Positions 44,518 through 54,736 of a stretch of DNA of 64,000 bases are shown here, piece by piece (position 1 is the first letter of the stretch; every line of letters starts with the position of its first letter). This DNA comes from an uncultured delta proteobacterium. Its GTDB lineage: Bacteria; Myxococcota_A; Polyangia; Fen-1088. The notes under the pieces are model-generated. The model made no database searches and was not told the origin of the DNA. It was given only the letters and a program-made list of their open reading frames with translations. A program made the translations under genes and the position numbers. Where the stretch lies: assembly GCA_963824555.1 (NCBI GenBank), contig CAWGPW010000016.1, forward strand, positions 611,109 to 675,108, given 5' to 3'.

Positions 44518-44586
44518 TCAAGGATCCGGGCCATCGGCCCGGCGGCGGTACTGGGAGGGATGTGGGAACGAGTGCGGCTCGTCGAG

Positions 44587-45742
44587 GGAGAGAAAGGATG
44601 GCTTGCGCGAGGCCAGCGATTTGTTGCTCAGTGTGGTGCGCGGAGAGGGTAATGCGCAGTCTGGAGCTGCCTTCTCGAACGCTTGGGGGGCGGATGGCTT
44701 GAGCGAAGAAGCCCCGCGCCTTGAGGTGGGACGACGCGGCAAGGGCGTCCTCGGCGGCTCCGAGGGTGATGGGAATGATTGGTGCGGTGAAGGGATTGGG
44801 GGAGAGGCCAAGAAGAGTGCGGAGTTGTGAGACGAGAGTGCCGAGGTGGTCGCGAAGGTCGTCTCCCTCGGGCGAAGCGGCTATTCGGAGGGCGGTGCGG
44901 GCAGCTGCGGCCACTGGAATCGGTAGGGCTGTTGTGAAGATGAAGCTGCGAGCACGGTTCAGGAGGTAAGTGTGAAGGTCTTGGGTGCCGGCGACGAAAG
45001 CGCCGCTTGTTCCGAGAGCCTTGCCGAGGGTGCCGATGAGAATGTCTGGCTGGACGGCAAGGTGAGAGCAAAGTCCTCGGCCGGAGGGTCCAAGGCAGCC
45101 GAAGGCGTGGGCTTCGTCGACGATCAGGGCGGCATCGTGGGCCTTGGCAATGGAGGCAAGTTCTGCCAAAGGCGCGACGTCTCCGTCCATGCTGAAGAGG
45201 GACTCGGTCACTAGAAAGCGTCGGCGCCTACTCGGACCGAGGCGGTGAAGTAGGTGGTCTGCGGCTTCGGCGTCGAGGTGGGGATAAACCGCGAGTTTGG
45301 CTCGAGAAAGCCTGGATCCGTCAAGGAGGCTGGCGTGAACGGCGCGGTCGGCTAGGATGAGATCAGCAGGTCCCGCGAGTGCAGTGAGAACGCCGAGGTT
45401 GGCCTGATATCCGGTGGGAAATAGGAGCGAGGCGGGAACAGACAGAAATGCAGAGAGCTCATGCTCCAGGGCGAGGTGTTCCGGTAGATTGCCAGAGACA
45501 AGGCGGGATGCGCTAGCCCCAAAGCCTGAGGTAGCGGCGGCGTCTGCGGCAGCGGTGCGCAAGCGCGGGTCGCATGCGAGTCCGAGGTAATCGTTGGAAC
45601 AGAATGAAACGAGGCTTCGACCGTCGAGGTCGACATGAACCCGGGAATTTCCTGCTAGTTGGGTGAAGGTTCGGAGACACCCTCTTGATTCAAGCGCCTC
45701 AAGATCGGCGGCAATTTGCTGAGCGAGGGAGGGAAGCACCAC
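44587..45742 (-). CDS. bioF: 8-amino-7-oxononanoate synthase
   Basis: GTG start. SNDYLGL, GYQANLG, TESLFSMDGD, IVDEAHAFG, and GTLGKALG (PLP-Lys). The enzyme body ends near ..IAGLAQAILSL, but the frame stays open into bioD. Confidence 0.88.
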
Positions 45743-45795
45743 TTAGCAATCTGGGAGGAGCGTCAGCAACTGTCAATCTGCTTGGGGATTGTGTT

Positions 45796-46419
45796 TCACG
45801 TGAAACAGTAGCATCCAGCCCATCGCGTGGATCCATTACCCGTCGTGTACTTGAATGACTCCATGAGCCTGGCACCGTTCGCACCGTCCGTACCAAGTCG
45901 AACGGCATCAGTCGCAAGAGCGACAGCGCGACCCGACGAAATCAACAAGCGTGGGGCAAGCACCAACCACTCGTCAGGAGGGAAGGTCGCGCGGGAGACC
46001 GCCACGTCGAAAAGGTTGGACTCTACCTCCTCGAGTCGAGCCCGAACCACAACGGTGTTCTTGCAAGCGCAGTCCCTAACAGCGGTATTCAAGAAGGCCA
46101 CCCGCTTGGCCCGAGGCTCAAGCAGCGTAACGCTGCAATCAGGCCGCAGTAGAGCAAAAGGGACACCCGGCAACCCTCCCCCCGCGCCAACATCGACAAC
46201 ATTCGAACCTGCTGGAACAAGCCTGGACATCGCGAAACTATCCGGCAAGTGCTCACTCAGAAGATCCGTGATGGTGCGGGCGCCTGTCAAATTAACGCTG
46301 ACGTTCCACTCCAGAAGGCGCCGCATGTAAAGAACAATACCCTCAGCAACATCCGCATCAAGAACATGATCCCAGTTCCGGGCGAGGGCCACGATACCTG
46401 AGGAAGCTTCCACTGACAT
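45796..46419 (-). CDS. rsmG: 16S rRNA (guanine527-N7)-methyltransferase RsmG/GidB
   Basis: 207 aa. ..LLEWNVSVNLTGARTITDLLSEHLPDS.., VVDVGAGGGLPGVPFAL, LLEPRAKRVAFL. Confidence 0.85.
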   Translation of the reverse strand: MSVEASSGIVALARNWDHVLDADVAEGIVLYMRRLLEWNVSVNLTGARTITDLLSEHLPDSFAMSRLVPAGSNVVDVGAGGGLPGVPFALLRPDCSVTLLEPRAKRVAFLNTAVRDCACKNTVVVRARLEEVESNLFDVAVSRATFPPDEWLVLAPRLLISSGRAVALATDAVRLGTDGANGARLMESFKYTTGNGSTRWAGCYCFT

Positions 46420-46604
46420 TCAACGACTATACGACAACCTCGGTACCGAAAACCTCGCCTATAGCCACGATACCACGTCCCCAAGCGAGCATGCACAGGG
46501 CCAGGGCGGAGACAATATCCCAGCGCGTCTCGACAATAGACCCGCTGCGGCTCCGGCGGCCTACCCCCGAAAGCAAAGCCAGCGACGCGTGGCTCTGCAG
46601 GGAG

Positions 46605-49499
46605 ATGAAGGATACAATGCCTACTCGACTCGGGATGGACACAGCACAGTCAAAGAACCGGCTTCTTCTCGTCGACGGAGACCCCAAGAGTCTTCGCGTT
46701 CTCGATGTCAGCCTCAAAAAAGCCGGCTTCGATGTCACGACCGCCACCAGCGCTCGCGAAGCCCTCGCTGTGCTCGAAGCCGGCCAGCCCGATCTGATCA
46801 TCTCCGACACCGATCTCGACGAGATGGACGGCTTCGAGCTGTGCAGCCAAATCAAGGCCCGTTCACAATGGGCAAAGATTCCCTTCCTCTTTGTCTCGGG
46901 TCGCAAATCCATCGAAGACAAGATCCGCGGGCTCGAGCTTGGCGTCGACGACTACCTGACCAAGCCCATCTACATCAAGGAAATCGGTATTCGCGTTCGC
47001 ACCGCCCTGCAGCGAGCCGAACGCGAGCGCATGGAATCGCGCCGCGAAGGTCGCACGCGATTCGCCGGCGACCTCTCCGATGTCGGCGTCGTCGATCTGG
47101 TGCAGACCATCGAGCTCAATCGCAAATCGGGCATCATCCACATCGTCAATCGCGACACCCGCCGCGGGTCCATCTTCTTTCGCGACGGCAAGGTCATCGA
47201 CGCCGAGGTCGGCCGCCTTTCGGGTGCGAACGCCATCTACCGTCTCTTCTCGTGGTCCGAGGGGCAATTCGCCGTCGAGTTCAAACAAATCCGCCGCCAC
47301 GATGTCATCGACACCCCCATGGCACCCTTGTTGATGGAAGGCATGCGCCGGCTCGACGAAAGCACGCGACTGCTCGATAAGCTCCCCGCCACCAGCAGCG
47401 TTCTGGAGGTCGACTGCCGCGCGCTCGCCGAAGAGCTGGCGGAGTTGCCCGACGAGGTGAACTCTGTCCTGCGCTTGTGCGACGGTACGCGAACCCTGCA
47501 GGAAGTCGTCGAGGACAGCGACCATCCTGATCTCGAGGCGCTCACCTTCATCAACAAGCTGTCTACCAGCCAGATCATCTTCGCCCGCGAGGCGCCCGAC
47601 CGCGGGGGGGAATCCGAGCCCGGTGATCGCCTGGCACACTGGTTGTCCGAGGGTGGGGCCGAAGACGGCGCGGCCGCCGAAGATGCCAGCGCTTCTTCCG
47701 AGTTCGCGGCTGCCGAGATCCCCACTCCCGACGGCGAGGCCATCCCCGAGAGGACACCGGTGCCCGCTGGCGCGGCCGTTCGGACGACGAGGGAATTCGC
47801 GGCGACTCCGCCGGCCATCGAGCCATCGTCCTTGGAGCGCGAAGCTCCTTCTCGCCCGGAGGGCCCTGCGACGATCTCGAACGAGTCGTTGCTGGCCCCC
47901 TCTCCCGTTCCATCCAATGTCTCGCCGACGGTTCCCTCGCCGATACTTTCCGCGGAAGAATCCCTTGAGGCCGTGCTCCCGCCCCAGGCCGACCCCGCCA
48001 GTGTCGGCAGCAACGAATTCTCTCCCCCATCCGACACCCTCAAGGGCCTTCCCGTCGACACCCTGTTTGGCGACCCAGAAGCAAGGAAGGATGTCCCCTC
48101 TCTTGTGGTCCCGAGCCCCCCGAAGCCGGATTCCAATGTCGTCCGCAACCCCATGGAGACTCGATCGACCAAGCCCCTCGGTCTTGCCGAACGTCTACTC
48201 AGCGAAGACTCTGCGGTGCGCGCCTCGGCCATGCACGAAGCGATTGGCGGCGGGGGCGGCAAGGTCGAGAGCTCGCAGTCAACCGACCGCAATACGCGCG
48301 AGTATGGCAACCCTGCCGCCGAAGCGGCCGCGGCTTTGGTGCAAGAGGTGATCTCCTCGGCCCACGAAGCCAAACGCGATAGTCCTGCACCGGCCGAGCC
48401 GGGACGACCGACGAAGGAGGTCGACTGGGGCGCATGGCCCACCGGTCTCCCCGCCGGGCCGAACCGAAAGGAAGAGGCGATCGACAATCTCCGCCAGAGC
48501 GCTGGCGCGCCTGGCCCCGCCGAGGCGCCAAATGCCGGCGTGCCGAGCTCGGGGACGGAAGCTGTCCACGCTCCTTCGCTCGAACAGGCGGTCCCCGAGG
48601 AAGCCCGTGCGCCAGAAGTAGAGGTGCCGCCGTCCTTGCCCGCGCCCGATCCCTCCATCTCGCTGATAGAGGACAGCGCCGGCCGCAAGGAGCCTCCACC
48701 GGCTTCGTCTGCTGGTGATGGACGGGGCTCCACCGCTGACCATCCCGCGGCTCCCCCATCTCCGACGGCCCAGTCGGTCCCTGTGCCGCCCCGCCCAACG
48801 CCTCGCCCTAAAACCGAGGCCGGCGGCAGGACCGCACGCAAGACGGTTCCGTCAAGGCAGATCTGGCTCATGGCCGGGGGTGCCTTCGCTCTCGGCGTGA
48901 TCGGGTACTTGGCGCTGGGAAGAAGAGCCTCCTCACCTCCCGAGGTGCCGTCCGCCGTGGTCTCGTCTCCCTCAGAGCAGGCACGGGTACCCCAAACGGC
49001 ACCCGCGCCAGAGGAGCCGCCCAAGGTGGCGAACGAGCGGAAGTCGCCAGCGGCACCCAAGGTGGCGGACGCACACAAGGCGCCGGCGGCGGCCAAGCCG
49101 GACGTGCCCCCGGCTCGACTTGGGGTCGGCACACCGTCTTCCGCAGCGGCGGACTTGCGGCGCAAGTGTTTGGAGGTCGACGCCGAGGGCAAGGGCAAGG
49201 CCAGGGCGGTCTCGATAGCGTGCCGGCCGGCGTTGGACGCCGATCCCAAGAATGTGGAGGTCATGGTGATCCTCGCCCGCGCGGAGATCGATCGCGGCCG
49301 TCTCGGGGAGGCGCGCTCGCTGGCCAAGAAAGTGTTGGCCACCGACCCGCAGCGCCTCGACGCCTATGTCTACCTCGGCACCGCCGAGCAGGAAGCCGGC
49401 CGCCTCGACGAAGCGCGCGCCGCCTACCAGAAGTATCTCGACTTGGCACCCGAGGGCCCATTCGCCCGCGAGCTGCGTGCCATCTTGAGTAATCTCTAG
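46605..49499 (+). CDS. Response-regulator receiver plus DUF4388/PATAN domain protein with long Pro-rich region, one TM and C-terminal TPR
   Basis: REC: LLLVDGD..DLIISDTDLDEMDG..LTKP. DUF4388-like: GDLSDVGVVDLVQTIELNRKSGIIHI..IFFRDGKVIDAEV..AIYRLFSWSEGQFAVEF. About 550 aa of P/A/S/E-rich sequence, TM IWLMAGGAFALGVIGYLALG, and TPR-like end. The start is ambiguous (ATG at 46605, 46617 or 46635). Confidence 0.75.
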   Translation: MKDTMPTRLGMDTAQSKNRLLLVDGDPKSLRVLDVSLKKAGFDVTTATSAREALAVLEAGQPDLIISDTDLDEMDGFELCSQIKARSQWAKIPFLFVSGRKSIEDKIRGLELGVDDYLTKPIYIKEIGIRVRTALQRAERERMESRREGRTRFAGDLSDVGVVDLVQTIELNRKSGIIHIVNRDTRRGSIFFRDGKVIDAEVGRLSGANAIYRLFSWSEGQFAVEFKQIRRHDVIDTPMAPLLMEGMRRLDESTRLLDKLPATSSVLEVDCRALAEELAELPDEVNSVLRLCDGTRTLQEVVEDSDHPDLEALTFINKLSTSQIIFAREAPDRGGESEPGDRLAHWLSEGGAEDGAAAEDASASSEFAAAEIPTPDGEAIPERTPVPAGAAVRTTREFAATPPAIEPSSLEREAPSRPEGPATISNESLLAPSPVPSNVSPTVPSPILSAEESLEAVLPPQADPASVGSNEFSPPSDTLKGLPVDTLFGDPEARKDVPSLVVPSPPKPDSNVVRNPMETRSTKPLGLAERLLSEDSAVRASAMHEAIGGGGGKVESSQSTDRNTREYGNPAAEAAAALVQEVISSAHEAKRDSPAPAEPGRPTKEVDWGAWPTGLPAGPNRKEEAIDNLRQSAGAPGPAEAPNAGVPSSGTEAVHAPSLEQAVPEEARAPEVEVPPSLPAPDPSISLIEDSAGRKEPPPASSAGDGRGSTADHPAAPPSPTAQSVPVPPRPTPRPKTEAGGRTARKTVPSRQIWLMAGGAFALGVIGYLALGRRASSPPEVPSAVVSSPSEQARVPQTAPAPEEPPKVANERKSPAAPKVADAHKAPAAAKPDVPPARLGVGTPSSAAADLRRKCLEVDAEGKGKARAVSIACRPALDADPKNVEVMVILARAEIDRGRLGEARSLAKKVLATDPQRLDAYVYLGTAEQEAGRLDEARAAYQKYLDLAPEGPFARELRAILSNL

Positions 49500-49525
49500 C
49501 CGCGCGCTACGCCGCTGCCCCACGC

Positions 49526-50535
<1,010 letters not shown>

Positions 50536-50539
<4 letters not shown>

Positions 50540-51411
50540 GCGAGGACTCGAAAGCGGCGCGAGCTCCGCTGGCCACGGCGCGCGAGCTGCTCGGGCGTCA
50601 TGGTCTTTTGCCCAAGAAATCCCTGGGCCAGAATTTTCTCGTCGATCCGCGGGTACAGGAACGCATCGTGGCCGCGGCCCAGATCCAGACCTCGGATGTG
50701 GTGGTCGAGATCGGCGCGGGGCTGGGGGCGCTCACCGCTCGCCTCGCCGACATCGCGGGTAAGGTCATCGCCATCGACCGAGACGCCCGGCTTGTGGAGG
50801 TGCTGCGCAGCGAGCTCGCGGACCGGCCCAACCTCGAGATCGTTCTCGGTGATGCCCTGGAATTCGAGCTGGGCGAAGCCGCGTGCAAAGCAGGTCGGCC
50901 GCTGGTCGTGGTGGGCAACCTGCCCTACGTCGTCACCTCGCCGGTCCTCTTCGCAACCCTCGAGGCGGCGGCCGCTGGCCGGGTCGTGGATCGCGCCATC
51001 TTCATGGTGCAGAAGGAATTCGCGCAGCGAATGTTGGCGCCGCCGGGCAGCCGCACCTATGGCCGGCTCTCGGTGATGGTCCAGCAGGCGGCGGCGGCCG
51101 AGATCCTGTTTCACGTGGGCGCGGGCGCGTTCTTGCCACCGCCGGCCGTGACCTCGACGGTGCTGCGCTTGCGGCCACGCGCGCAGCCGCTGGCGCCCGT
51201 TCGCGACGCCGACCTTTTCGCGCGCGTGGTGCGCGAGGCGTTCGGAGCCCGACGCAAGATGCTCCGCCGTGCCCTCGAACCGGGCTTCGGTGGCGCCCGA
51301 GCAGCGGCGGCTCTGGAGGCGGCCGGCATCGCGGGAACGCGTCGGGCCGAGGAGCTGGCGGTGGCGGACTTCGCCCGTTTGGCGAATGCTTTGGCCGAGG
51401 AACATGCCTGA
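50536..51411 (+). CDS. rsmA: 16S rRNA (adenine1518/1519-N6)-dimethyltransferase
   Basis: The ATG overlaps the tsaD stop (ATGA). KSLGQNFL, VVEIGAGLGALT, VVGNLPY. Confidence 0.92.
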
Positions 51412-52222
51412 GCTTCCCGAAGTCGAGACCGTGGTCCGCACCTTGCGGCCGCAGATCGTGGGCCAAACCATCCGTTCGCTGTGGACCAGCGGTCAATCGC
51501 TGCGCATGGCACGGAAACTGGACAAGAGCAGACTGCGAGAAGCAAGCGTCGGCGCGACCATCCGCGCCGTTCGTCGACGGGGAAAGTACATCCTCATCGA
51601 TCTCACGGACAGTGGCGTGCTCGTGCACCTGGGGATGACCGGACGGTTGACCGTCGCCGAAGAGAGTGCCGAACGGGTCAAGCACACGCACGTGGTGTGG
51701 ACTCTTCCGCAACGCCGCGAACTGCGCTTCGTGGATCCGCGACGCTTCGGCTGGGTACGGGCGGCGGCGAATCTCGACCGACTTCCGGAAATTCGCGCGC
51801 TCGGGCTCGATCCGCTCGCCGAGCTCGACGGCGAAAAGCTTCGCGCCATGCTCGCGACCTCGCGCGCGCCCATCAAGGCGTTCCTGCTCGACCAGCACCG
51901 CCTGGCCGGCCTGGGCAACATCTACGTTTGCGAAGCACTCTTTCGCGCGCGCATTCATCCGCGCACCCAGGCTCGTCGCGCACGTGAGAAGGCCGAGGTC
52001 CTGGTGCGTGCCATTCGCGAAACCCTGGAAATCGGCATCGCCAATTGCGGTACCTCGTTTCGCGACTTCGTGGACGCGACGGGTAAGCCGGGAAGAAACA
52101 TCGAGGCGCTGCTCGTGTACGGACGGGAAGACGAAGCGTGTACCGTCTGCGCCGGTCGCGTGCGCCGGAGGGTGGATGGCGGGCGGTCAACCTTCTACTG
52201 CGCCAATTGTCAGGCACGCTAG
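51404..52222 (+). CDS. mutM: Formamidopyrimidine-DNA glycosylase
   Basis: MPELPEVETV N-terminus, H2TH region, and C-terminal zinc finger CTVCAGRV..FYCANCQ. Confidence 0.93.
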   Translation: MPELPEVETVVRTLRPQIVGQTIRSLWTSGQSLRMARKLDKSRLREASVGATIRAVRRRGKYILIDLTDSGVLVHLGMTGRLTVAEESAERVKHTHVVWTLPQRRELRFVDPRRFGWVRAAANLDRLPEIRALGLDPLAELDGEKLRAMLATSRAPIKAFLLDQHRLAGLGNIYVCEALFRARIHPRTQARRAREKAEVLVRAIRETLEIGIANCGTSFRDFVDATGKPGRNIEALLVYGREDEACTVCAGRVRRRVDGGRSTFYCANCQAR

Positions 52223-53145
52223 AACAAGCAGGAATCCAGCGAGCCGGTCGTCGTGTCGCCTTGCAGGCGATAGGAGTAGGTGGCCAGGGTGTCGATGCCC
52301 CAGCAGTCGGTGCCAAGGGTCGTGGATTGATTGGGAAGGTTGGGCGTGAGATCCGCCGTCAAATCCGCGCGGCCCGCGCCCGAGCCGAGCCATTGCGAGG
52401 TCATCTTCGCCGTGATCTGCACGCCGGTATCGGTCGTGCCCTGCCAGTCGAAGGTCATGCGGCCCGAACCGTCCTGATTCTGATAGTACTCATAGTGTCC
52501 TGCTCGCGTCGTAGCCGTGGACAGATTCACGATGTCCATGATTACGCTGATCGGATAGGCAGCATTGTCGTAGGTGACGTCGAGGTGGTCGAGATCGCGC
52601 AGCCCCGGATCGTCGTCGACCGGATAGAGGGCAGTGCGGGCATCGTTGACGAGGAGGTGGATGTCGCCCGTGCCCGTGCGTGCGCTCCCGCCAGAGGTGT
52701 AGTCGCCCGTGAGGAAATTGACCCAATCGCCCTGGCCGACGGGCCGCACTTGGACCCAATAGTCCATATGAAGTTGCGTCGAGGAAACCGTCGAGCGCTG
52801 CATGACCACGCGGATCTCCCAGCCCGGGTGTTTGTCGTCGGCAAACGGTCCCCAGGTGCGCTGGTCGCCTTGTCGGGAAGTCGGCGTCGTGCCGCGGACG
52901 ACCTCGATGAGGCCGACCAGATCCGCGACCATGGTGTTGAAGGTAGTAATCGCGCTTCGGGTCGCGAGGTAATACTCGGCCGAATCGGCGCGTGTGATCG
53001 ACAATTGCATCTTGGCATCGATGTCGCTTTGCTCGGGCAGGGCGAGCTGGAAATCGAGATCCTCGTTGGAATAGTTGCCGCAGGCACCCGCGCCAATCGC
53101 AGCGAGCAGCACCAGCGAGCATGGGCCGAGACGTTCAGAAATCAT
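52219..53145 (-). CDS. Lipoprotein A (paralog of 56075..57070), last gene of the ECF/caspase operon
   Basis: MISERLGPCSLVLLAAIGAGAC lipobox. Shares blocks with lipoprotein B: WGPF/WGPW, SQWLGSGAGRADL versus SRWLWSGAGRSDV, and C-terminal ..CW..SC(L/V)F. Confidence 0.7.
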   Translation of the reverse strand: MISERLGPCSLVLLAAIGAGACGNYSNEDLDFQLALPEQSDIDAKMQLSITRADSAEYYLATRSAITTFNTMVADLVGLIEVVRGTTPTSRQGDQRTWGPFADDKHPGWEIRVVMQRSTVSSTQLHMDYWVQVRPVGQGDWVNFLTGDYTSGGSARTGTGDIHLLVNDARTALYPVDDDPGLRDLDHLDVTYDNAAYPISVIMDIVNLSTATTRAGHYEYYQNQDGSGRMTFDWQGTTDTGVQITAKMTSQWLGSGAGRADLTADLTPNLPNQSTTLGTDCWGIDTLATYSYRLQGDTTTGSLDSCLF

Positions 53146-54736
53146 AGGCAACCCCCGCGGAAAGCTCCCAGTAGCCGAGGGAGCGGTCTTCGTCGACGTT
53201 GTAAAGCAAGTAATGGACACGGCCGCGTGTCAGCAAGGCAAAGCTTCGCGACAAGCGATAGCGCAAACCTCCGACCAGCCCCGGCGTGAAGGTGGCGAAA
53301 AACTGGTCGGGTATGGTGGGATCGTCGAATTTTCGGCTCATGAGCACGACGGCCAGGCGCAGGCCCGCGAAGACGGCCACATCGCCGAAGTGAAAACGCC
53401 ACTCGGCTGCCAGCGTGGTTCCCGCCGTGACCTCGCTGAAACGGAAGGGCAGGAGCGAGCCGTAGCGATCGACCTGCCCGTTCGTGCCGCCGCTGGCGAG
53501 ATCGAGCCCCCAGATGAAGCCATGGCGGAAAAAATCGCGCACTTCGAATTCCACGCCCAACATGCCAGTGGTCGGAAACAGGCTGTCACGCGTGGGTCCG
53601 TCGAAAAACGACTGCATCATGCCGCCCAGGCTGAGGCTCAAGTGCGCGCCCTCGTCGCGAATCGCGCCCTTCACCGGGTCGTCGGAAAAGGGCGCGTCCC
53701 GCAGCCGGGATTCGTCGAGGGTGGTGAGCTGACCCGAGGCGATCTGGATCTCGCCGATGCGCAGGCGATCGGCGAGCCGGCGACGGACGTGGTAGTGGCC
53801 AGCGGGCAGGGCGATCTGTCGATCACCGTCGGCGGGCTTCTGAATCTCGGCCGCGATGAAGCCGTTGCCGTCGACGATGTAGTAGATCCCGGCGGGCGCT
53901 GGACCGGGGACGTAGATGCCCTCGCGTCGGCTGGCGAAATCGGTCAGCACCAGATCGGCGTTGCCCTGGAAGTCGTAGCTGAAGGTCGGGTGCTGGGCGC
54001 CGGCGGCGCTTTCGGCCGTGTCCGCCACCGTGCGTGCGTAGGCGTAGGCGTAGGCCTCGGACAAGGTCACGCGCCGGTCGCGCGAGCGATCGGCGTCGCC
54101 GCGCAAACCGCTGACCAGGTAGTGGGAAAAATAGCTGCCGCCGATTTCGTCCGATTCTTGCGCATCCTCGTCGGCGCTGGACGAGGACAGCAGCACCAGG
54201 CCGCGGGTTTCTTCCGAGCCCGCCGCCTCAATCTGGAACGCGGGTGCGTGGCGCGCGCCCTTGGTGCGGGTCACCATGCCCGAATGGCACGAGTCGAACA
54301 CGCCGATGCGGATGTCGGCCGGCGCGGCGGCCAAGCGCGCCTTGAGCTCGTCGAGACGAATGCGCGAGTCGCCCAGGCGCAGCTCGCCGTCCTTGGCGTG
54401 GCCCGAGTAGTAGAGGATGAAGAGCGCCCGCTCGCCGCGTTGCTTGGCCAAGGCGATGCGCGCGTCCATGTCGCCGAGGGCACGCCAGAGCTCACCCGCC
54501 GACTGGTCGAGGATCAACGTGACGTCGCCCGGTGCCACCCCGCCCAGTTCCGTGAGCACGGCGTACACCTTGCGTGCGTCCTCGGCGGCAAAGCGCAAAG
54601 GGCGCGTGTCGCTTCCGCCTTCGTCGTTGCCCGCGATGATCGCAAATCGGTGCTGACCAGCGGCCTGCGTCGGCGCCGAGCAGAGGAGCAGCGCCAACAC
54701 CGGCCCGGCCCGCGCGATGGTCCGCAGGGTGCTCAT
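53135..54736 (-). CDS. Secreted peptidase C14 (caspase-fold) protein fused to a C-terminal beta-barrel-like domain
   Basis: Signal peptide MSTLRTIARAGPVLALLLCSAPTQAAG. Caspase dyad contexts LFILYYSGHAKDG and GVFDSCHSG. The C-terminal ~170 aa show alternating beta-strand patterns and end ..WELSAGVAYDF (aromatic OMP-type terminus). Confidence 0.75.
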   Translation of the reverse strand: MSTLRTIARAGPVLALLLCSAPTQAAGQHRFAIIAGNDEGGSDTRPLRFAAEDARKVYAVLTELGGVAPGDVTLILDQSAGELWRALGDMDARIALAKQRGERALFILYYSGHAKDGELRLGDSRIRLDELKARLAAAPADIRIGVFDSCHSGMVTRTKGARHAPAFQIEAAGSEETRGLVLLSSSSADEDAQESDEIGGSYFSHYLVSGLRGDADRSRDRRVTLSEAYAYAYARTVADTAESAAGAQHPTFSYDFQGNADLVLTDFASRREGIYVPGPAPAGIYYIVDGNGFIAAEIQKPADGDRQIALPAGHYHVRRRLADRLRIGEIQIASGQLTTLDESRLRDAPFSDDPVKGAIRDEGAHLSLSLGGMMQSFFDGPTRDSLFPTTGMLGVEFEVRDFFRHGFIWGLDLASGGTNGQVDRYGSLLPFRFSEVTAGTTLAAEWRFHFGDVAVFAGLRLAVVLMSRKFDDPTIPDQFFATFTPGLVGGLRYRLSRSFALLTRGRVHYLLYNVDEDRSLGYWELSAGVAYDF

